From a virus, in the IMG/VR virus record IMGVR_UViG_3300039008_000097, positions 1 through 35,199 of that record: a DNA stretch of 35,199 bases; one strand, written 5' to 3'. The notes beneath the pieces are model-generated. The model saw only the letters and a program-made list of their open reading frames with translations. It made no database searches and was not told the origin of the DNA. How positions within the stretch are numbered: the stretch's first letter is position 1; the number at the start of each line of letters is the position of its first letter. The position numbers and the translations under genes are program-made. Shown here piece after piece: positions 29,619-35,199 of the stretch.

Positions 29619-30890
29619 TTAGGCGGTAATTGCCACACCGTTTGCGGATGGGTTCGCATTCGTGAGACCGTACCAAGTGAACAAACGGCACTTGAATGTC
29701 AGGCTATCAATGTCGCCATCATAAGCCATGTACATTTTTTGGCCGTTGCTCATGGTAGAGCTGATTACCTTCATGCCGCCGAACTCGTTCAACAGCTCAA
29801 TGGGCGCGTCACCTCCGGTAACTTCCAGAGACTTCTTGCACCAGAAAGCGTTGATCTTGGCACTCGCATCGGTATTGAGACGGTTAACGTCTGCACCGCT
29901 CGTAATTTGAGTGTCAATGTTGGCGTAGGCTTTTTCCAGGTCGGTCAAACCAGCATCATCCAGCGCAATAGGCTTAGGATAAACCTGCAGGGTTGTACCG
30001 TCTGGAATAGCAACAACAGTGAATGTCATCGGCTGCCCGCTGGGGTTCTTGTCAGCTAAACCGATTGACTGAACATCAGTGCCACCGTTGGAGAACTTAA
30101 CCTTATCGCCTACGTTGTAGCCCACAGATGATGTGACCGGGATAGTACCCAGACGATAATCGACGTTAGTCACCACGCCTGTCGCACTTACTGATCCGCC
30201 TTCGGGCTTCTCAGAGATTGCAGCGGTAGTGGTAGTGGCCGGGTCAGCACCACCGACCAGGTTGGGCAGGAACGAGCCGGTGTAAACATCAAACTCGGCA
30301 ACATTCTGACCGATTTGGCCGGTTTTCCAGGTTTGTTCCGGGCGACCTTGCAGGGTCTGCCGTGCAGCCAAGTCTTGGCCAAACTTCAGATTATCCCGAT
30401 CATTCAGAACAAAGTAGCGCATATCATCCGCCACCTGGCGCTCATTCAACTGTGCTTGAGCTTCGGCGATAAAGTCATATCCGCTAAGCGCGGTGCTGCG
30501 ATAGAAGATAGAGCCTGTATCACGAACTAACTCAGCCAATCGCTTGTTAAGCTCAGTGGCTTGGCGCATGCCTGACTGCTCGCCTCGACGCTCCCAAAAA
30601 CGCATGTCGCGCAAATCATCTGCGCGCTGCTCAAAGAAGTCATTGGCAGGCGTTCCGAGGATCGCCGGGTAGGTTTCCTCGATGATGTCGGTTTCTTGGC
30701 CTGTTAAATCCCATCCGTTGATGATGGGGGCGTGTTGTTGAACCGGACGCCATACAAAGTTGTTGGCATTCTGCATATCAGCAGAACTTGGCTCAAAATG
30801 TTCTACGAGATCAAGCAATTGCATTTGATGCTCGTAGGTTTCCAGAGTCTTCTCAAAAAGAACCTCTGCGATCTTACCTGTGGAAGCCAT
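29619..30890 (-). CDS. Major capsid protein, P22 gp5-like
   Basis: NDFFEQRADDLRD and YPKPIALDDAGLTDLEKAYANIDT parallel P22 coat NDFFQLRADDLRD and [25 protein letters not shown]. 423 aa versus 430 aa. Confidence 0.9.
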   Translation of the reverse strand: MASTGKIAEVLFEKTLETYEHQMQLLDLVEHFEPSSADMQNANNFVWRPVQQHAPIINGWDLTGQETDIIEETYPAILGTPANDFFEQRADDLRDMRFWERRGEQSGMRQATELNKRLAELVRDTGSIFYRSTALSGYDFIAEAQAQLNERQVADDMRYFVLNDRDNLKFGQDLAARQTLQGRPEQTWKTGQIGQNVAEFDVYTGSFLPNLVGGADPATTTTAAISEKPEGGSVSATGVVTNVDYRLGTIPVTSSVGYNVGDKVKFSNGGTDVQSIGLADKNPSGQPMTFTVVAIPDGTTLQVYPKPIALDDAGLTDLEKAYANIDTQITSGADVNRLNTDASAKINAFWCKKSLEVTGGDAPIELLNEFGGMKVISSTMSNGQKMYMAYDGDIDSLTFKCRLFTWYGLTNANPSANGVAITA

Positions 30891-30929
30891 CGTGACTTAC
30901 TCCTGTTTCTGTGGCGTTATGCCTTGGAA

Positions 30930-31931
30930 TCACCAAGCAGAAACATCAATACCGGCTTTTTTCGCCTCTCGCCGAAGGTTAAACCGCTCCTGAACATTCC
31001 CAGCCTTATCCGCTGCCTTGTATTTCTTTCTCAAGGCTTTGGCAACTGAGCTTTCGGAAGCATCACCTTTGATGGTAGCTGCCGGTCTTGGTGCCCTGCT
31101 AACTCTTTGCTGAGGATTGGCTACTTTGCTGGTGATCTTTCCAAGATACAGCATCGCTTGCATCCCGGATGGATCGTTAATAATGGCAGATTGGAGTCCG
31201 TTTAAAGCGTCTTTGTTTCGGCCAATGTAGTACATGACCTTTTCCGACCCTTCGCCCATCACCGAAATTAACTGCTCTGCGATCAAATCCCCCTCGTTTG
31301 GCCTCACAGCCTCAATAGCTGTGCGAACCTTACGGTCGGAGTCTTGATACAAGTCAGCATTAATTCCTGCCTCTTGAACCAGTTTGGCCGCTCTCTCATA
31401 GTGCTGATCAACAGCTTGAGTCACCTTGGTTGCCGCTTCGGCTTGCTGCTTTGTGGTTGCAACACTCTGCTCCCGCTCCGCCAGCTTCGCCTCCAAACGC
31501 TTGTCATTCCAAGCATCTAGGGCGGCATCGTAAGCATCATCGTCAAAGTCAAAGTCCTCGCGCTTTGGTCGAGGGGGTAATTTGCTTTGAGTTTGTTGAT
31601 TGCCACCCTTGAGGGTTTCAATCTGCTTTTTCAGCTCCTCTAACTCGCTGTTGTGTTGTCGTTCCAGCTTTGCACGTAGCTTGCGTTTTGCTGCTGCTAT
31701 GTCGCTGCCTGTGAACTCAGCACCGTCTGATGTCTGTTCATCAGATTGCATCCACGCTTCTGTTTCGGCCTCAGAACTTTCCTCCTTACCATCTTCCGCA
31801 AGATCGTCGGATTCCTGCTCTTCTTCCTCCACCGCTTCGGTTTCGGTTTCTTCTGCTTCGGTTGCGGTAACTTCCGCAGATTCTTCCTCAGCCTTGGCGT
31901 TTTCAGCCTTCAGCTCTTCCAGAGTTTTCAT
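30930..31931 (-). CDS. Scaffolding protein
   Basis: Lies between the portal and coat genes. Very acidic N-terminus, long helical/coiled regions and a basic C-terminus, as in P22 gp8-type scaffolds. Confidence 0.75.
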   Translation of the reverse strand: MKTLEELKAENAKAEEESAEVTATEAEETETEAVEEEEQESDDLAEDGKEESSEAETEAWMQSDEQTSDGAEFTGSDIAAAKRKLRAKLERQHNSELEELKKQIETLKGGNQQTQSKLPPRPKREDFDFDDDAYDAALDAWNDKRLEAKLAEREQSVATTKQQAEAATKVTQAVDQHYERAAKLVQEAGINADLYQDSDRKVRTAIEAVRPNEGDLIAEQLISVMGEGSEKVMYYIGRNKDALNGLQSAIINDPSGMQAMLYLGKITSKVANPQQRVSRAPRPAATIKGDASESSVAKALRKKYKAADKAGNVQERFNLRREAKKAGIDVSAW

Positions 31932-32005
31932 CCAGTTTTTCCTCGCACTGTAACGATAGCCTTGTGTTACTCCACAAGTAGAGTTTGCGTTTTACCTGTG
32001 CCGCC

Positions 32006-34105
32006 TCAGTATGAAAGCTGTCTTGTGGCTCTGGCTCTCAATCCTTGACCAACTTTGGTCATATTTTCGATTTGCTTGCCAAATGCCTCAATATTCGTTT
32101 TCTGTATATTCGCCCCAGCCTTTTGCGCGTCAACCTGGGCCTTCATTCGCCCGGTTTGGGCTTCAAATCCGTCAATCTGTGTCTTGGTCTCGTTATTGAC
32201 AATATCTGCCTGAACCTTAACCGCTTCGCGCTGCTCTCTCGCCATCGCTGCTTGACCTTTCAGCACCTCAGCTTGAGCAAGAACCATATCAGCAGAGGGT
32301 TGTTGTCCTTGTTGCTGGGCCTGTTGAACAGCCAGCATATCTTCCTCAGTTTCTGGCTCTCTCAACCCCATTAATAGCAATTGCCTATTAGCATACTCCC
32401 TTACATCGTCAAATTCTATGCCATCCATTAAACGCAATTGTTTCATGCGAAGAATGTTAGTCATTGGGTCGTCGGGAGCCATGCCACTAATCATCATCCC
32501 TAATTGTTCGACAGTTTGCTCTTTCTTGCTGGAATAGGACGGCCCAATCTCAGCGAATACATCAAATTCCACGTTGGTCAGATCGTTAATGGATACCGGT
32601 TCGCCAGTTTCACGGTCAATTACCGTCTCCATAATTTGGACGGTTTTCCGAGAACCATCTTTCGCAGTCAATGTAACCTGGCGAGGCGCATCGTAAACCT
32701 CACTGGCCATAGACGCATAAACCTCAGCATCGCGGCGTTTGGCGTGCTTTAAATTATCCTGGTAAATCATTGATTGCTGGTCAATGCGATTCTGCAACGC
32801 ATAAATGGCTTTGCCTGACATATCTGGGTCAGCCACATCTTGTGGAATTCCGGGGTTTGCCACATCCTCGACAGCTTCCCGGCTTAATGCGATCGACTGA
32901 GCCAAAGCTGTTGGCATAGGCTGCTCTGGCATTACCCCTACGGGGCCTTGGGGAAGAGACTCACCATTTGCTGTAAGCCGATTTTGCAGTAGGTAGGGGT
33001 AATTGTTGTCGGCCCCACTTCCCTCATACATGGGCTCAAAGCCTTGGATTTGCTCTTGGATGAAAATAGGTTTCGGTCTCGGTGACCGTGAAACAATGTC
33101 CGCAAGGTAAGACATTTGGAAGTTTCTGAGGCGTTGAGGGTCTTTGGCTAATCGGGTCACACCCTCGTAGCTTTCCTCACCCTCAACAAATGCCCTTTCC
33201 CCATAAGTGGGAATGACCGGGATATTCTCACCAGCAATCACATCCTCAGAAAGAATCTCAGCACCAGACGCAATGTATTTGGTTACCTGCCATCGCTCTA
33301 TTACTTTTTCAGACTCAACGCGATACCCTGCGTCAATCATTTCATCCATGATCTGCGTAAGATCGGATTCCCTGAGTAGTAACGGCTGATCAAACGGGTC
33401 AACCATTGTTAGAACTTTATCTTTGACCTTCGCCCGGTGGTAGAACTCCACCACATAAACCTTGGCATCTTCTGCCATCCATGGAAAAACATAGCTTTCT
33501 TCTGGGAAGGCAAAGGAGCCGTCAATATCGGGATCAGGGTCGCCGGTTAGGTCGGTGACAAGCTGTTTGTAACCATCTTGAGAATAAGCGTGAAGCACTG
33601 ACACATAATCAGCATCGGATTTATCCAGTAGTTTGGCATTAGGGTCCCAGAAGCAATTATTGTTGGCTTCGTAAATCGGTCGTCTACGGATAACTTGGTT
33701 AGAATCTCCCGCTCGTGTCGTCTCATAATCAGTGTGAAGAACCCACGCCCCCACCCCACACACCACAGCCTCGGCGCTGGCGTTGTCATAAGCCTCCATG
33801 CTTGAGTTATAGCGCTCATCGGATAAATACAATCCATCCAACAAGTCAGCCCCATCTTCTCGGCTGGTAGCTTTAGGCTCAAAGTTTATAGATACGGGGC
33901 TATTGCGAAGGTCAGAAAGAATTTGACGGCCAGCTTTACGGAGGACGTTAAATTCCCCGCGGTATTGAAGCTGTGATTCACCAAGTAGGTTATCATCCCA
34001 TTGGGTCACCCAATAAAACACCATGTCGTCCGCAGCACGCTCGCGGGTTATCTGCCCATGGTCATAAGCCTTGTCATGCAGGCGCTTTAATTCCTGTAAG
34101 TCCAC
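32006..34105 (-). CDS. Portal protein, P22 gp1-like
   Basis: WVTQWDDNLLGESQLQYRGEFNVLRKAGRQILSDLRNSPVSINFEPK, SNQVIRRRPIYEANNNCFWDPNAKLLDKSDA and YEGVTRLAKDPQRLRNFQMSYLADIVSRSPRPKPIF closely parallel P22 gp1 blocks. 699 aa versus 725 aa. Confidence 0.92.
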   Translation of the reverse strand: MDLQELKRLHDKAYDHGQITRERAADDMVFYWVTQWDDNLLGESQLQYRGEFNVLRKAGRQILSDLRNSPVSINFEPKATSREDGADLLDGLYLSDERYNSSMEAYDNASAEAVVCGVGAWVLHTDYETTRAGDSNQVIRRRPIYEANNNCFWDPNAKLLDKSDADYVSVLHAYSQDGYKQLVTDLTGDPDPDIDGSFAFPEESYVFPWMAEDAKVYVVEFYHRAKVKDKVLTMVDPFDQPLLLRESDLTQIMDEMIDAGYRVESEKVIERWQVTKYIASGAEILSEDVIAGENIPVIPTYGERAFVEGEESYEGVTRLAKDPQRLRNFQMSYLADIVSRSPRPKPIFIQEQIQGFEPMYEGSGADNNYPYLLQNRLTANGESLPQGPVGVMPEQPMPTALAQSIALSREAVEDVANPGIPQDVADPDMSGKAIYALQNRIDQQSMIYQDNLKHAKRRDAEVYASMASEVYDAPRQVTLTAKDGSRKTVQIMETVIDRETGEPVSINDLTNVEFDVFAEIGPSYSSKKEQTVEQLGMMISGMAPDDPMTNILRMKQLRLMDGIEFDDVREYANRQLLLMGLREPETEEDMLAVQQAQQQGQQPSADMVLAQAEVLKGQAAMAREQREAVKVQADIVNNETKTQIDGFEAQTGRMKAQVDAQKAGANIQKTNIEAFGKQIENMTKVGQGLRARATRQLSY

Positions 34106-35199
34106 TATCGTCTACCCATGGCTTTTATTGGTTTTGGCATGTAAACAACCTGCTTACGGTTAAGGTCGCCACGCCTAACAGCAAAACGCCGCATCATATA
34201 GGCGTAACGGATGGCGTCTAGCATATCATCTCTTGTCTTGACAATCTTTCCTTTCTCATCCCTATGGTATTGACGCCATTCATCCATTAGGTCTATTTGG
34301 CCCTTGAATATCTTTAATCTTCCAGTTCTGGCGCGGTCAAGCAACTCATAAATTCCATTCTCTACAGAATTGCCGCCACCTTTCATACCCCCTTTACCAT
34401 CAGGGATTTGAGGCCATGTGGCATGCTCTGGCAGCATTCTAAAGCCAGCGGTTGCGTAATGATCTTTTTGTTGGGCAGTCACATCACGACCCTTCTCATG
34501 CATCAGTCCATCATGGGGCCACGCCACTGGTACATTATCACTCCATGCCTTCACGGCTCCCCATGCGTCATTAGCCGACACCTTACTAGCCTTCCATGAG
34601 TTAGTGACATAAACCACATCGGCATCCAGGTCTATCGCTAGTTGAACGTGGGCTTGTGGGTGGTCGTAGCCAAAATCCATACCGTTGATAACCAGCCAAT
34701 GAGCAGGGATATCAAAACGATCACACAACACCATTTCATCGCCAATGTCATAAATTCTGCCATGGCCAAGCATTGGTACGCCTTTAGTCCGCATATCGCG
34801 CTGGTGCTCTGGGTACTGAAGCAATAAGCGTTCACGCTTCTCAGGCGTCATGTGGGGCGCATCATCCCAGCCTTTCATCATAAAGAATTGATCTGGACTG
34901 GGGTCATCCATGAACTTTATAACCAGATCGGTGCGGCCATTCTCTGGGGTGAAGGTGTAAATGATCCTCCCCCCTTTCCCTTTATCTCCATTGATTGTCC
35001 GGGTCAATACCTGGGGACGGATGGTCTGATCTCTGGGCTCCTCGTCAATATGAACCCAATCAACCACGTCGCCCATAATGGCGTGTTGGCCTTGGGAGTA
35101 AGACCAAAACTGAATAACTGATGTTCCGTTGGTGCCGTGCCTAACCCTAACTGTTCTCATGGCATTTGGGGTTCCAGTAGCAGACTCCCAGCTTACAAT
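34105..35199 (-). CDS. terL: Terminase large subunit, C-terminal part (ATPase Walker B plus nuclease half)
   Basis: ORF-track protein contains DWVHIDEEP (Walker B-like) and conserved terminase-like blocks. The frame remains open upstream of the listed ATG to the window end and continues at base 142 after removing the 141-bp overlap. The joined gene is about 491 codons. It sits next to terS and the portal gene. Confidence 0.9.
   Translation of the reverse strand: MVSWESATGTPNAMRTVRVRHGTNGTSVIQFWSYSQGQHAIMGDVVDWVHIDEEPRDQTIRPQVLTRTINGDKGKGGRIIYTFTPENGRTDLVIKFMDDPSPDQFFMMKGWDDAPHMTPEKRERLLLQYPEHQRDMRTKGVPMLGHGRIYDIGDEMVLCDRFDIPAHWLVINGMDFGYDHPQAHVQLAIDLDADVVYVTNSWKASKVSANDAWGAVKAWSDNVPVAWPHDGLMHEKGRDVTAQQKDHYATAGFRMLPEHATWPQIPDGKGGMKGGGNSVENGIYELLDRARTGRLKIFKGQIDLMDEWRQYHRDEKGKIVKTRDDMLDAIRYAYMMRRFAVRRGDLNRKQVVYMPKPIKAMGRR
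35059..35199. repeat. Terminal direct repeat, right copy (identical to 1..141)
   Basis: Same comparison as the left copy. Most likely an assembly overlap of a circular contig. Confidence 0.95.

Noticed and set aside
1-35199. Search for a diversity-generating retroelement, retron, CRISPR-Cas, tRNA genes, integrase or CI repressor
   Set aside because: No ORF shows reverse-transcriptase (YxDD), Cas, tyrosine/serine recombinase or CI-like features. Intergenic spaces are too short and lack cloverleaf-like sequence. Absence is judged by eye only and should be confirmed with tRNAscan and profile searches.

Overview
The window is one complete phage genome of 35,058 bp. Bases 1-141 are identical to 35059-35199, so the sequence is a circular or circularly permuted unit that was opened inside the large terminase gene. 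About 28 kb is transcribed leftward on the minus strand from a compact divergent control region at about 9.30-9.42 kb. In transcription order this arm carries early genes (RecT-family recombinase and many small ORFs), an accessory block with a 902-aa repeat protein, then terS and terL (terL wraps the window ends). It continues with a clearly P22-like morphogenesis set: portal, scaffold, coat, gp4-like and gp10-like tail adaptors, ejection proteins and a tailspike with a P22-type head-binding N-terminus. A lysis cassette ends the arm. The roughly 7-kb rightward arm carries a Cro-like HTH, a replication initiator with an internal iteron/ori-like array, an HNH-AP2 endonuclease, a DUF1367-like gene, NinG and small ORFs. 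I found no integrase, CI-type repressor, tRNA, CRISPR array or reverse transcriptase. The most interesting region is 13.3-16.2 kb. A 2.85-kb IS1-family-like element has perfect 22-bp terminal inverted repeats and a 7/8-matching 8-bp target duplication, and it splits the last right-arm gene, a Zn-ribbon protein. Besides its transposase it carries three passenger genes: a P63C-domain protein, an 80-aa basic protein that shares a 26-aa motif with it, and an AT-rich membrane/coiled-coil protein. The cassette has its own palindromic control regions and is my best candidate for an undescribed accessory system. The second candidate is the 902-aa protein just upstream of terS, which has 16 very regular 21/23-aa ExGD repeats. 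All homology statements are from my reading of the translations and memory of reference proteins; no searches were run.
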